The notes: generated by a model from the sequence alone, not told the origin. DNA of 64,000 nt from Pseudomonadota bacterium (GCA_039026055.1 JBCCNB010000001.1:17240-81239); one strand, 5' to 3'. Shown: positions 1 to 10,566, numbered from the stretch's first letter. Made by a program: numbers and translations.

Positions 1-778
1 CGAAGGCCGACACAATTGCGCCCGCATGACCCATCCGGCGGCCCTTCGGTGCAGAGAGGCCCGCGATATAGGCCGCCACCGGCTTGTTCATATGATCGCG
101 GATATACTCGGCGGCCTCAGCCTCCTGCGGCCCACCGATTTCACCCACCAGCACCACGGCATCCGTGTCAGGATCAGCCTCAAAAAGCTCCATGATGTCC
201 TTGAAGCTTGACCCGTTGATGGGATCGCCGCCAATGCCGATGGACGATGACACGCCAATCCCGCGCTCCGACATCTGGCTTGCCGCCTCATAGCCCAGCG
301 TACCCGACCGGCTGACAATCCCGACGCGCCCCGGTTTGTAGATGTGCGGCGGCATCAGACCCGCAAAGGCCTGACCGGGCGTAATGACACCTGCGCAGTT
401 AGGACCAATGAGGCGCATCCGCTTTTCTTCTTTGTAGCGGCGCATGTATCGCTTCACGCGGATCATATCCTGAGTGGGCAGACCGTCGGCGATGCAGACA
501 CAGGTTTTAATCCCAGCGTCGGCGGCTTCCATGATCGAGTCGGCCGCAAAGGGCGGCGGCACGAAGCTGATCACCATGTCTGCGCCCGTTTCGGCCACAG
601 CGCCTTTCACGGTGTTGAAGACCGGCAGCCCCAGATGGGTCATGCCACCTTTGCCCGGCGTCACGCCACCCACCACGTTGGTGCCATGGTTCATCATGTC
701 CTGGGCGTGGAAGGATCCAATGCGGCCGGTAAAGCCCGTGACCAGAACCTTGGTTTCTGAATTGATGATAATCGCCAT
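1..778 (-). CDS. mtkB: Malate--CoA ligase (malate thiokinase) alpha subunit, SucD family; runs off the left window edge
   Basis: Absent from the ORF track; hand translation from ATG at 778 gives [25 protein letters not shown]...GGVTPGKGG...IGPNCAG...MGHAGAIVS (phospho-His motif). TGATG overlap with the mtkA stop; next to mcl and sga. Confidence 0.85.
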   Translation of the reverse strand, partial: MAIIINSETKVLVTGFTGRIGSFHAQDMMNHGTNVVGGVTPGKGGMTHLGLPVFNTVKGAVAETGADMVISFVPPPFAADSIMEAADAGIKTCVCIADGLPTQDMIRVKRYMRRYKEEKRMRLIGPNCAGVITPGQAFAGLMPPHIYKPGRVGIVSRSGTLGYEAASQMSERGIGVSSSIGIGGDPINGSSFKDIMELFEADPDTDAVVLVGEIGGPQEAEAAEYIRDHMNKPVAAYIAGLSAPKGRRMGHAGAIVSAF

Positions 779-1962
779 CACACGGCCTCCTTCAGTTCGG
801 CTGTTTTCCACTGGCCGACCACCTTGTTGGCGGCCTCGGCCAATGTGCTTGCGGTCATGATGTTCAGGCCTGACTCCGCGATAAGCTTCTGACCTTCCTC
901 GACATTCGTGCCCGACAGGCGAACCACCAGCGGGATGTCGATCTCCAGTTCTTTGACCGCGCGGATCACACCCTCGGCGATCCAGTCGCAGCGGTTGATG
1001 CCTGCGAAGATATTGACCAAAATCGCCTCGACATTCTTGTCATTGAGCACGGCCTTGAACGACATCAGAACCCGTTCAGGGCTGGCACCGCCACCTACAT
1101 CTAGGAAGTTCGCCGGCTCGCCACCGGCCATCTTGATCATGTCGAGCGTGGCCATCGCCAAACCCGCGCCATTCACGATGCAGCCGATCTTGCCGTCGAG
1201 GCCAATGTAGTTGAGGCCACGATCCCCCGCATAGGTCTCGCGCGGGTCTTCCTGGCTCTTGTCGCGCAGCTCCGAGATGCTCGGGTGGCGGAAAAGGGCG
1301 TTTTCATCGAAGCTGAGCTTGGCGTCCAACGCCACGATGTCGTTGCCTGCGGTGACGACCAGGGGATTGATCTCCACCATCGCCGCGTCTTTTTCGCTCA
1401 TCAGCTTGTAACAGCCCATGATCGTCTTGGCGGCTTGCGTAATGAGCGGCGCATCGAGGCCCAACTGGAACGCAATCTCGCGCGCCTGGAAGGCCTGCAT
1501 GCCCACCGCCGGGTCGACAACGGAGCGGATTATCGAGTCCGGTTCGTTCTCAGAGATCTCCTCAATCTCCATCCCGCCCTGTGCCGAGGCCACAACCACC
1601 ACGCGTTCGAGCGTGCGGTCCATGACGAAGGCCAGATAGAGTTCTTGCGCGATGTTCGTCGCCTCTTCGATGTAGAGACGGTTCACAAGCTTGCCCTGTG
1701 GTCCGGTCTGATGGGTGACCAATCGACGACCAAGCATCCAAGCGGCAGCATCCTGCACTTCTTCTTCGGAGGAGCAGATGCGCACGCCACCTGCCTTGCC
1801 GCGCGCGCCAGAATGGATCTGTGCCTTCACGACCCATTTGTCGCCCGAAAGCTCCGAACAGCGATAAACCGCCTGTTCGGGGCTGTAGGCAATGCCGCCG
1901 CGGGGGACTGCCACGCCGAATTGCTTCAGCAGGTCCTTGGCCTGATATTCATGGATATCCAT
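778..1962 (-). CDS. mtkA: Malate--CoA ligase beta subunit (SucC family)
   Basis: [55 protein letters not shown]; serine-cycle context favours Mtk over SucC. Confidence 0.85.
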   Translation of the reverse strand: MDIHEYQAKDLLKQFGVAVPRGGIAYSPEQAVYRCSELSGDKWVVKAQIHSGARGKAGGVRICSSEEEVQDAAAWMLGRRLVTHQTGPQGKLVNRLYIEEATNIAQELYLAFVMDRTLERVVVVASAQGGMEIEEISENEPDSIIRSVVDPAVGMQAFQAREIAFQLGLDAPLITQAAKTIMGCYKLMSEKDAAMVEINPLVVTAGNDIVALDAKLSFDENALFRHPSISELRDKSQEDPRETYAGDRGLNYIGLDGKIGCIVNGAGLAMATLDMIKMAGGEPANFLDVGGGASPERVLMSFKAVLNDKNVEAILVNIFAGINRCDWIAEGVIRAVKELEIDIPLVVRLSGTNVEEGQKLIAESGLNIMTASTLAEAANKVVGQWKTAELKEAV

Positions 1963-1979
1963 AATGTTATCCTCCTCTC

Positions 1980-2921
1980 TTAACCTTTGGCCGCAATGGC
2001 ATCGGCCACCACGATCACGTTATTAGCCATACGTTCGCTGGCCGCGTCGATCATCTTTCCATCAAGTGCTGCAGCGCCTTTCCCGGCAGCCTCCGCCTTG
2101 CGCAGCTCTTCAATGATGCGCCGCGCGCGGTCCACCTCCGCCTCGGGCGGAGAGAACACGGAGTTCGCCAGCTCAATCTGAGTCGGGTGGATCGCCCATT
2201 TGCCTTCAATCCCCAGGGTCGCGGCCCGCTTTGCCGACGCCACATAAGCATCCGGATCCGAGAAATCGCCAAACGGCCCGTCAATGGCGCGCAGGCCGTA
2301 AGCTCGGCACGCAACCGTCATACGCGACAGGGCAAAATGCCACTGATCGCCTGGATAGTCGGGGTTCAACCCGCCGATCACTACTGTGCGTGCGCGGGTC
2401 GAAGCCGCGTAATCCGCCACACCAAAATGCATGGCCTCCAGACGGCCGGGAGCGGCGGCAATCGCCTCTACATTTGCCATGCCGAGCGAGGTTTCAATGA
2501 GCGCTTCAAGGCCGATCTGGTGTTCGAAGCCCATGGCCTCTTCAATCTGGCTGACCATGGTTTCGACAGTATACAGGTCCGCAGGCACGCCCACTTTGGG
2601 CACCAGGATTGTATCCAGATGCTGGCCCGCCTGCTCCACGATCTCGACCACGTCGCGATACATGTAGTGCGTGTCGAGCCCGTTGATCCGGATCGACATG
2701 GTCTTGCCCTTGGCCTTCCAATCAATGTCGTTCAATGCCTGGATGATGTTCGACCGGGCCTGCACCTTGTCGGGCGGGGCCACGGCATCTTCGAGGTCGA
2801 GGAAGATGTAATCCACGTCTGTGTCGACGGCCTTGTCGATCATCGACGGATTCGACCCCGGCACGGCGAGTTCCGAACGCTGCAGGCGTTGTTTTTTGAG
2901 CGGGTGAAGGGTGTAGCTCAT
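1980..2921 (-). CDS. mcl: Malyl-CoA lyase (CitE/HpcH family)
   Basis: [54 protein letters not shown] motifs. Confidence 0.9.
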   Translation of the reverse strand: MSYTLHPLKKQRLQRSELAVPGSNPSMIDKAVDTDVDYIFLDLEDAVAPPDKVQARSNIIQALNDIDWKAKGKTMSIRINGLDTHYMYRDVVEIVEQAGQHLDTILVPKVGVPADLYTVETMVSQIEEAMGFEHQIGLEALIETSLGMANVEAIAAAPGRLEAMHFGVADYAASTRARTVVIGGLNPDYPGDQWHFALSRMTVACRAYGLRAIDGPFGDFSDPDAYVASAKRAATLGIEGKWAIHPTQIELANSVFSPPEAEVDRARRIIEELRKAEAAGKGAAALDGKMIDAASERMANNVIVVADAIAAKG

Positions 2922-3348
2922 GTATTTGGTCTTTCATTCAGTACTGGTGCGTTGGCCTGATCATCGCAGGCAAGCGCACCCTCCAACACTTTCGCATGGG
3001 TAAGGATGCATGCCCGGGATGGGGCGTGGGGCCGGAACGGGTAGGGGTGTCCTACCCGTTGCCCGGTGCTTGGAATGCATTTGGACACTGAGCGGGTGGC
3101 AGGCGTCTCTCAAGGAAAACAATAGTTTACGATAGGAAACTTCGGGTGCTTGAGGCGAATCGGGTTTGGAACAGAGCGCCTTCGAATGGCCCCGGTCTGG
3201 CGATCTGACCTTTGATCTACAGCCATTTATCGTCGGGTTCCCGGACTGCATTCGTGCGATGGCCTGCAATTGCCAATTCGCCAGGCCCTGGGTGGGGCCA
3301 GGCGAAGGCGCGGCGGCGCAAGCGGCTTGGTTCCGCGCCGGTAGCAAC

Positions 3349-3376
3349 AAAAAGGGCCACGCGCGAACGTGGCCCT
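3349..3376 (-). terminator. Probable intrinsic terminator after the hpr-like gene
   Basis: Stem AGGGCCACG/CGTGGCCCT with a flanking A-run (U-run on the minus strand), about 25 nt past the stop at 3402. Confidence 0.6.
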
Positions 3377-3401
3377 CATTTCAGTTGGTTACGACGTGGC
3401 T

Positions 3402-4382
3402 TTACGTCACCAAATCGCCCGGCGTGTCACCATTCAGAAACGCCTTGAGGTTATCAATCGCGCGATACCCCATGCCGATCCGCGTGCCATCCGTCGCAGA
3501 CCCCAAATGCGGGGCCAGAACGATGTTGTCATAGTCCTTGAACCGAGGATCGAGGGCAGGCTCACCGTGATAGACGTCCAAACCGGCGGCAGACAACTGC
3601 CCAGAATCAAGCGCTGCAAAAAGCGCATCTTCATCCACCACATCGCCACGCGCAGAATTCACAAGGATCGCACCTGGCTTCAGTGCACCAAACACATCTC
3701 CGTTGATCATTTTGAACGTGTCATCCCCACCCGGCATGTGCAGCGACAGGAAATCGGACTGCGCGGCCACGTCGGCGATAGAGCCAAGCTGTTCAGCATT
3801 GCCGTTCTGGATCTTGATGTCATCGGGCACCTGCCACGCGTCCTGAAACACAACACGCATTCCAAACCCGTTATGCGCCCGGCGCGCCATGGCCTGACCA
3901 ATCCGGCCAAATCCAACAATGCCCAGCGTCGCACCTGTGACCTTCTTGCCAATCATGTGGGTCGGCCGCCAGCCTTCCCAGCCACCTGCACGGGTTTCGC
4001 GCTCACCTTCGCCAATCCGGCGCGCGGCGGTCAGCATCAGGCCCATGGCCAGATCCGCCGTGCAATCGGTCAGCACGTCCGGCGTGTTGGTCACCGCAAT
4101 ACCGTTGTCCCGGGCCGCATCGATGTTGATGTGGTTAAAGCCCACGCCATAATTGGCCATGATCTTCACCTTGCCCTTCGCCGCCGGATAAAATTCCGGC
4201 GGGATCTTGTCGGACACGGTGGGCATGATCACGTCATAGGTTTCCGCCGCCGCCATGAACTCATCTTTGCTCATGGAGGTGTCAGGATGGCGGAGTGTCA
4301 CGTCGCCCAGGTCTTGGGCGACGAGATGGTCTTCTGCTTCTTTTGGCCAGGCGCGGGTGACCAAGATCTTCGTAGTGCTCAT
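3402..4382 (-). CDS. hprA: D-2-hydroxyacid dehydrogenase, probable hydroxypyruvate/glyoxylate reductase of the serine cycle
   Basis: Start MSTTKILVTR at 4382, just after the sga stop; GVGFNHI, NTPDVLT, GIVGFGRIG, NSARG, LDVY..EP, PHLGSAT. Confidence 0.75.
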   Translation of the reverse strand: MSTTKILVTRAWPKEAEDHLVAQDLGDVTLRHPDTSMSKDEFMAAAETYDVIMPTVSDKIPPEFYPAAKGKVKIMANYGVGFNHINIDAARDNGIAVTNTPDVLTDCTADLAMGLMLTAARRIGEGERETRAGGWEGWRPTHMIGKKVTGATLGIVGFGRIGQAMARRAHNGFGMRVVFQDAWQVPDDIKIQNGNAEQLGSIADVAAQSDFLSLHMPGGDDTFKMINGDVFGALKPGAILVNSARGDVVDEDALFAALDSGQLSAAGLDVYHGEPALDPRFKDYDNIVLAPHLGSATDGTRIGMGYRAIDNLKAFLNGDTPGDLVT

Positions 4383-4387
4383 TGTAT

Positions 4388-5599
4388 TTAGGCTGCCTTC
4401 GCGCTTGCTTTCGTCGTGGCAGGCGTCGTGGCGCGGTAGCAGGCTTGCGCTGCTGCCACACCGGAGCCCGGCTCGATCTTCGCACCGGCATCGACCAGCG
4501 CCATTTCCGCCGCCGAAATCGCACCACAAAGCATCACAGGGTTCAGAGAGCCCAAGTGACCAATGCGGAACGCCTTGCCCATCAGCTTGTTGAGGCCCGT
4601 GCCAAGCGATGTCTGGTACTTGTAGTACGCCGTGGAGATCACATCCCGTGCATCCACCCCTTCGGGTGCATAGATGGCGGACACAGTATCAGAGGCCCAT
4701 TCCGGACCGCGAGACACCAGCTCACAGCCGTCCCACGCACCTACAGCCGCACGCACACCTTCGGCCAGGCGGTTGTGCCGTGCCCAGATGCTTTCCATGC
4801 CTGCCTCAAGGATCGTATCCAGTGAGCAGCGCAGACCGCGCAGCAGCTGTGTGGCGGGCGTGTACGGGAAGTAGCCCGTATCGTTAAGCTTGATCATGTC
4901 TTCAAAACTGAAATAGCAGCGCGCCATGCCGGAATTGCTGAGTGCCTTATTGGCCTCCAGCGCCTTCTCGGACACGCCGAGGAAGCCCAGACCGGCAGGC
5001 AGCATGAAGCCCTTCTGGGAGCCCGAGACTGCAAGGTCCACGCCCCACTTCTCCATCTCGAACTCGATGGATGCGATGGACGACACACCGTCAACAAACA
5101 ACATGGCCGGGTGGCCAATTTCATCCAGCACCCGGCGCACGCCCGCGATGTCAGAGGTCACGCCCGTGGCGGTTTCGTTCTGCGTGGCGAAAACGGCTTT
5201 GATCTCATGGTTCTTGTCGGCCTCAAGGCGCTTGGCATATTCCTCAAGCGGAACACCTTTGCCCCATTCCACCTCAACGCAATCAACATCGAGGCCAAGA
5301 CGTTCGGCCATATCGACCCACAACAGAGAAAACTGCCCGAAACGGGACATCAGAACCTTGTCGCCGGACTGGAGCGTGTTTTGAATGGCCGACTCCCAAG
5401 CACCGGTGCCGGACGAGGGGAAGATGAACACGCGGCCAGATTCCATGCGGTAAGCCTTTTTCATGTCGGTCAGCAGCCCGGTGACCAGATCGCCGAAATC
5501 AGGTGCGCGCATGTCCTCCATGGGCACGTTCATCGACTGACGAATGTTTTCGGGAACATTGGTCGGTCCCGGGATGAAAAGATGCTGATTGCCGTTCAT
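4388..5599 (-). CDS. sgaA: Serine--glyoxylate aminotransferase (class V PLP enzyme)
   Basis: LFIPGPTNVP, ETATGV, DGVSS, SGSQKG (PLP lysine), FRIGHLG; RBS GGAG upstream; clustered with hpr-like, mcl and mtk. Confidence 0.85.
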   Translation of the reverse strand: MNGNQHLFIPGPTNVPENIRQSMNVPMEDMRAPDFGDLVTGLLTDMKKAYRMESGRVFIFPSSGTGAWESAIQNTLQSGDKVLMSRFGQFSLLWVDMAERLGLDVDCVEVEWGKGVPLEEYAKRLEADKNHEIKAVFATQNETATGVTSDIAGVRRVLDEIGHPAMLFVDGVSSIASIEFEMEKWGVDLAVSGSQKGFMLPAGLGFLGVSEKALEANKALSNSGMARCYFSFEDMIKLNDTGYFPYTPATQLLRGLRCSLDTILEAGMESIWARHNRLAEGVRAAVGAWDGCELVSRGPEWASDTVSAIYAPEGVDARDVISTAYYKYQTSLGTGLNKLMGKAFRIGHLGSLNPVMLCGAISAAEMALVDAGAKIEPGSGVAAAQACYRATTPATTKASAKAA

Positions 5600-5847
5600 G
5601 GATGTCTCCTTCGTTTCCTGTTTGGAGGCGCTTGTCGCGCGGCACGCCCCCTTTTTCTACGCCCGAGGGGATATCTGCTGCGAACGAGTGGGAAATCAAG
5701 CGACCAACCGGGTGGTGAAACCCACCCTCCCGGGTAGCGATTCTGCCATTTTGCTTCTGACGCGGCATCGGCATGCGATTGCATACTGTCTTTTTGTTTG
5801 TTTTCAGATACTTCCGCGCCACCCTTCAGCGCAATTAGCGCAAGCTT

Positions 5848-6534
5848 TTGGAGGGGAATTTGGTGTATAGTCTCGGAATGGAAGCGCTCAGAGCAACGGC
5901 AGAATTGGCAGTGTCGCCCATCGATGACCGACCCGAAGTGATCGTGGCCGACCGCCAGTTGATTGTCTGTCAGGGCCTCGGGTCGCTGGTTTCGCAGATC
6001 GAAGAGGTGCGGTTGGGTCAGTTCGCGACCGACCTGATGGGACTGTCCAAAACGCTGTCCATGGTGAACGGGCAGGGGATATTGATCCTTGGCGTTCGCC
6101 TCAACGACGCGGATCTGACGGCCGCGCTGGATATGGTGCGCAAAGACTTCCCCCAAGTGATGGTGGTTGTTGTGGCCGAAGACACCGAGCTTGCGTTTAT
6201 TCGGACGGCGATCAAATCGGGCGCCAATTCCATCTGCATGATGAGCCAGATCCTGACCAGCCTGCCGAAGATACTTGGAAAACTGGTGGAGGGGCATTCA
6301 ATCCTACCCACCGACATCCTGCGCAAGCTGACGTCGGAGAAGACAGACAGCCTGTCCAAGCGCGAACATGAGATACTGGCGCTTTTGGTGGATGGGCTGA
6401 CGAACTTTCAGATATCAGCGCGGTTGGGCCTGTCTGAGAACACGGTGAAGTATTACCTCAAGGCGATCTACCAGAAGCTTGATGTGAACAGCCGGGGCGC
6501 GGCCATCGCGAAATATGTGGCGGGCAATTATTGA
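5848..6534 (+). CDS. LuxR/NarL-family regulator with a degenerate (pseudo-)receiver domain; start uncertain
   Basis: C-terminal [46 protein letters not shown]; N-terminal receiver-like pattern lacking the catalytic residues. Confidence 0.85.
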   Translation: MEGNLVYSLGMEALRATAELAVSPIDDRPEVIVADRQLIVCQGLGSLVSQIEEVRLGQFATDLMGLSKTLSMVNGQGILILGVRLNDADLTAALDMVRKDFPQVMVVVVAEDTELAFIRTAIKSGANSICMMSQILTSLPKILGKLVEGHSILPTDILRKLTSEKTDSLSKREHEILALLVDGLTNFQISARLGLSENTVKYYLKAIYQKLDVNSRGAAIAKYVAGNY

Positions 6535-6570
6535 ACCGTTCAGCCGGGACACAAAATTTTTCAAAAATTT

Positions 6571-6597
6571 TGCCGCCAACGTTGGCGGCATTTTTTT
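6571..6597. terminator. Perfect 20-bp palindrome plus T-run; probable terminator between convergent genes
   Basis: TGCCGCCAAC|GTTGGCGGCA followed by TTTTTTT, with A/T tracts on the left. Confidence 0.55.
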
Positions 6598-6655
6598 GGA
6601 AAAAAATGCATACGAAATCTTGGGGAGATTTCGTTTCCCTTGATCAAGGCCATGC

Positions 6656-8146
6656 CTAAGACGGCGCATCCTCCACGCTGACCTGATGCCACCTTATGCG
6701 GTCGCTCTTGAAGCCAGGCAGGCCCTTTACGCGTGGCGACAGCCCAACAAGCTGCGTCCGGTGGAATGGGATCAGCGTACCGGACCGTTCCACCAGATAG
6801 CGCTGTGCCTCCACGTAAAAATTTCTCCGCTCGAAGAAATCCAGACTGCCGCGAGCGCGGCGCAGCATGTCGTCAAACGTGTAATCCTGGAAATAGCTTT
6901 CATTCCACTTGGCCTGGCTCTGGAACGGCTCGTTTAGCGCCTGATCACCGGGGCGTTCTCCCCAACTGGTCGCGAACGCGTCCTTCTTCATCCAGACCTC
7001 CGACCAATACCCGTCGGCGGATGCATTCACGATCTCCACCGTGATACCCGCGCCGGCCAGTTGATCCTGGAACACCAGCGCCATGGCCTCCCACGCCGCA
7101 TCCACGGCGGCCACATGCAATTTTATCGTCAGCCCGTCTGGATAGCCCGCCTGCGCCAGCAGCTCCTTGGCGCCTTCCACATCGCGGGGGCACTGCATAT
7201 CTGCGCGGTACTGATCGCCCGGCGACACTGGCGTATCACAGGACACGATCCCGCCGCCATCGAGCGCCAATTTCAGCATCTCTTCGCGGTCCACGGCCAT
7301 CCGCATCGCGCGTCGTACACGGACATTGTTGAATGGTTCAACATCGGTGCGGAATACCAAGCCCGACCAGTTGCCCGTCGGGATTTCCTGCACCACATAC
7401 GCGTCCGACCGATTGAGCGCGCGCCGCACCAGTGGTTTGATCCCGCGCTCCATATCCAGTTGCCCGGCCAGAAACGCCTGCAGTCGCGTCTTTTCATCGG
7501 GGATGCCATACACTTCCATGCGCGCCAGTTTGGGCGTGCCCTCGTAATATTCCTCAAACGCGGTCAGCACCGTGACCCCATCGGCGTCAAATTTTTCGAC
7601 CTTGAACGGCCCGGTGCCGATGCCAGTCTGGGCGATCGTGTCGCCGGACCCTTCCGGCACGATCCGCAAACGGGGGTCCATCAATTGCAAGGGCAGATCG
7701 GCGAATGTGCTCTCCAGTGTCAGCTCAACGGTCATGTCGTCCGTGGCCTCCACATCCGTCACCATCGAGATCACGGATTTCGCGGGGCTGTCAGACTTCG
7801 GGTCCAGAATGCGTTCCAGCGAATAGACCACATCGGCCGCATCAAACGTGCTGCCATCATGAAAGGTCACGCCCTCGCGCAGATCAAAGGTCCAGACCGT
7901 GCCGCTGTCATTGGCACGCCATGCGGTCGCCAGATCGGGCTGAGGGATACCCTCCACCCCTGGGCGCACAAGGCGGCTCATCAGTTTTTCGGTGATTGTC
8001 AGAATGCGGCCATTGGAAACGGGATCAAGGCTCGACAAACTGCCCGAACCCACGTCATGGGCAAAGCGGAAGGTGCCGGTGGGCTCGGCATGGGCGGGCA
8101 GGGACAGTGCACCCGCAAGGCATGCCGCAATCAGAGTTCTGGCCAT
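6656..8146 (-). CDS. ABC transporter substrate-binding protein, family 5 (DppA/OppA-like); orphan in this window
   Basis: Signal peptide MARTLIAACLAGALSLPAHA; PDLATAW, WTFDLREGVTFHDGSTFDAADVVYS, GTGPFKV, VRRAMRMAVDR. Confidence 0.9.
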   Translation of the reverse strand: MARTLIAACLAGALSLPAHAEPTGTFRFAHDVGSGSLSSLDPVSNGRILTITEKLMSRLVRPGVEGIPQPDLATAWRANDSGTVWTFDLREGVTFHDGSTFDAADVVYSLERILDPKSDSPAKSVISMVTDVEATDDMTVELTLESTFADLPLQLMDPRLRIVPEGSGDTIAQTGIGTGPFKVEKFDADGVTVLTAFEEYYEGTPKLARMEVYGIPDEKTRLQAFLAGQLDMERGIKPLVRRALNRSDAYVVQEIPTGNWSGLVFRTDVEPFNNVRVRRAMRMAVDREEMLKLALDGGGIVSCDTPVSPGDQYRADMQCPRDVEGAKELLAQAGYPDGLTIKLHVAAVDAAWEAMALVFQDQLAGAGITVEIVNASADGYWSEVWMKKDAFATSWGERPGDQALNEPFQSQAKWNESYFQDYTFDDMLRRARGSLDFFERRNFYVEAQRYLVERSGTLIPFHRTQLVGLSPRVKGLPGFKSDRIRWHQVSVEDAPS

Positions 8147-8296
8147 GTATGTTATCGATCCCCTCATGTCTTTTTGCACCGTGCCGCAGCCGCGCGCGTA
8201 AATCAACGGGCTCTTTGCACGCGGGTGTTCAAATCCCGTAGCCAAAAATCGCGAATATGCTAGGGTCCAACGAAAACAGACGCTTGGGGGAATGCC

Positions 8297-9181
8297 ATGA
8301 CGCGCAATTGCATGCATCTTTTGGGGGCAGGACTGCTTTTCGTGGCGGCCACACCGGCTGTCGCGGAGCTCAGCTTTTGCAATGAGACTGACGTGAATGC
8401 CTCCATTGCTATCGGCTATCTGGCGGGGGATGAATGGGCGTCCGAAGGGTGGTGGACCGCGCAACCGGGTCAATGCGTGACCGCCGTCGATGCCCCGCCA
8501 GCGCAGGCCTATTACTATTGGCATGCGGTCAATGAGAACGGGGAGTTCGCCGCAGACGCCTATTTCTTTTGTGCCGTGGACGACGTGTTCACCATCATCG
8601 GGGATGAGGATTGCGAAGCGCGCGGGCACAATCGCATTGCCTTCAACGAGGTGCAGATCGGCGCGGATGGAGGGCATGAGGTGCGTCTGACGGCGGCGCT
8701 CGCGCCCAAGCCGGCGGTCGTTCGCAAAACCGCAGAGCCGGAGGCGGCACCCGAACCCGCCCCAGAACTCACGCCCCAGCCTGCGGAGGCTGAAGCGGCC
8801 TCAACGTTTAACACCTTGCCGCAACCCAGTTTCACGCTCAAAACCGACATCCCCGCAGCCGAACTGTTGAACAGCAGGCCGCTCGATTTCCCCGCCATCA
8901 AAGCCGCCTTGCAAGGGGAATGGGCACAGGAGGGCAGCGCGCAGTCCACAGTCATCGATGCCAAGCGATTTGAAGATTTCGAAGATGGCTCGTCCAAAGC
9001 AACGGGCAGCTGGCGCCTTGCTGCGACCTGCCCTGATCAGGCGGGCATCGGCCCGGGGATCTTCATACGCTATGACGAAAATCCCGGGCAAAGCCTGTGC
9101 ATGATCTTGACGGCGCTCAGCGAAAACGGCTTCACCCTGCGTGATCCGTCCAGTGGCGAGGCTTTTGATTACACGCGCTGA
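8297..9181 (+). CDS. Secreted DUF1036-like protein with a Pro/Ala/Glu linker and a second Cys-containing domain
   Basis: Signal peptide, then LSFCNET...IAIGY...WASEGWW...PGQC...YYYW...FC...F.I.G...C..RG pattern; linker EPEAAPEPAPELTPQP. Confidence 0.7.
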   Translation: MTRNCMHLLGAGLLFVAATPAVAELSFCNETDVNASIAIGYLAGDEWASEGWWTAQPGQCVTAVDAPPAQAYYYWHAVNENGEFAADAYFFCAVDDVFTIIGDEDCEARGHNRIAFNEVQIGADGGHEVRLTAALAPKPAVVRKTAEPEAAPEPAPELTPQPAEAEAASTFNTLPQPSFTLKTDIPAAELLNSRPLDFPAIKAALQGEWAQEGSAQSTVIDAKRFEDFEDGSSKATGSWRLAATCPDQAGIGPGIFIRYDENPGQSLCMILTALSENGFTLRDPSSGEAFDYTR

Positions 9182-9465
9182 ACCGCGTTTTTCCTTGTCT
9201 GATCAGAATGAACGAAATCCGGGTCGTGGTGTTCGGATTGACCTGCTTTTTGCGGCGTCGCGTCTATTCTACGCAGGACGACTTAACGGCCGTGATCGCT
9301 GTGACATGCGTCACCCGGTACCAAGGCCGTTTGCGCTCTAACCTATGGTCAGGCAGACACACCTAGCTGTGTGATACGTCCAAGGTGGCAAAGAAAATTC
9401 CACCTCGCGGCAAGGTGTTCAGGCAAACATTGCCAAAGCCTTGTGCAAACGCGATAATCGCGTGC

Positions 9466-10566
9466 ATGCAATTCCTTGATGTAAGCCACAGTCCTGGACT
9501 GGTAGCCGCATCGATAGCGATCGCTATCATTTCCGGCTTTACCGGTCTCAATCTGACAAAGGACCTGTCGTCTAAAACTTACGGCCAGCGAAAGGTGGCT
9601 GTGGCGCTTGCCGCTGTGGCGCTTGGGGGCGGGATCTGGTCTATGCATTTTGTCGCGATGCTTGGCCTGCAAATGCCCATCCTGTTCTACTATGACGCGG
9701 CCATCACGCTGGCCTCAGCGCTGCTTGCGATCCTGATCGTGGCCTCCGCCCTGATCCTTTTGCATTTCACGCAGCGCACCCGTGCGCATATTTACGGAGC
9801 GGGCGCGCTTGTGGGCGTGGGGATCACCGCGATGCATTATGTCGGCATGAGCGGGCTGGAGCTCTGTCGCGCTGTCACCTCGCCGCTCAGCATGATGTCG
9901 TCTGCGGCGATTTCTGTGCTGTTGTGCATCGTGGCCTTCTACGTGGCCTATCACGAACGGTCCGATAAAAACCTGATCCTGGGCACCTTGTGTTTCGGGG
10001 CCGCCGTATCTGCCGTCCATTTCATCGCGGTTTTCAAAACACAATTTGTCGCCGTGGAAGGGTTTTCCGAATTCGGTCCCGCGATGAGCAATGAGGTGCT
10101 GGCGATCGGGGTGACGGTGTCCAGTTTCCTGATCCTCGGGACGTTTCTTTGGGTCAGCACCGCGTATCTCTCGCCCTCACCTGTGGGGGTAGGACCGACA
10201 ACCGGAACAGATGGCCCTGCCCAGCCCGTGACAGCGAAACTCCGTATCCCTTGTGAAAAAGACGGGTCCAAGATTTTCGTACCGCCGGAAGAGGTGGCGT
10301 TTGTGCGCGCCGATGGCCGCTATTCGCAGGTCTATACGGACAAGGACCGGTTCTTTTGCGCCCTGCCGATCACCATGGCTGCGGAAAGGCTGCTTCCGGC
10401 CGGTCACCTTCAGGTGCACCGCAGTTACGTGGTGAACCCCGAAAAGATCGCGTCATTTGAACGTAAAAAAGACAATGGTGTCTGCCATTTCCGGGCAGAG
10501 CATTGTCCCAAAGTTCCTGTTAGCCGCTCCAAGTTGAAAATGGTGCAGGAAAACCTGGGCATCTGA
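9466..10566 (+). CDS. coxC: MHYT membrane sensor plus LytTR DNA-binding regulator of the cox operon
   Basis: IWSMHFVAM, AMHYVGM and AVHFIA MHYT repeats; LytTR tail VRADGRYSQV...LQVHRSYVVN...VPVSRS; directly upstream of coxM. Confidence 0.85.
   Translation: MQFLDVSHSPGLVAASIAIAIISGFTGLNLTKDLSSKTYGQRKVAVALAAVALGGGIWSMHFVAMLGLQMPILFYYDAAITLASALLAILIVASALILLHFTQRTRAHIYGAGALVGVGITAMHYVGMSGLELCRAVTSPLSMMSSAAISVLLCIVAFYVAYHERSDKNLILGTLCFGAAVSAVHFIAVFKTQFVAVEGFSEFGPAMSNEVLAIGVTVSSFLILGTFLWVSTAYLSPSPVGVGPTTGTDGPAQPVTAKLRIPCEKDGSKIFVPPEEVAFVRADGRYSQVYTDKDRFFCALPITMAAERLLPAGHLQVHRSYVVNPEKIASFERKKDNGVCHFRAEHCPKVPVSRSKLKMVQENLGI

Noticed and set aside
1-1962. TCA-cycle succinyl-CoA synthetase sucCD
   Set aside because: Same family, but adjacency to mcl, hpr-like and sga and the absence of mdh/sucAB favour malate thiokinase.
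4388-5599. BhcA of the beta-hydroxyaspartate cycle
   Set aside because: No bhcB, bhcC, bhcD or bhcR adjacent; the neighbours are serine-cycle genes. The OCD-family gene is 16 kb away and coupled to a different enzyme.
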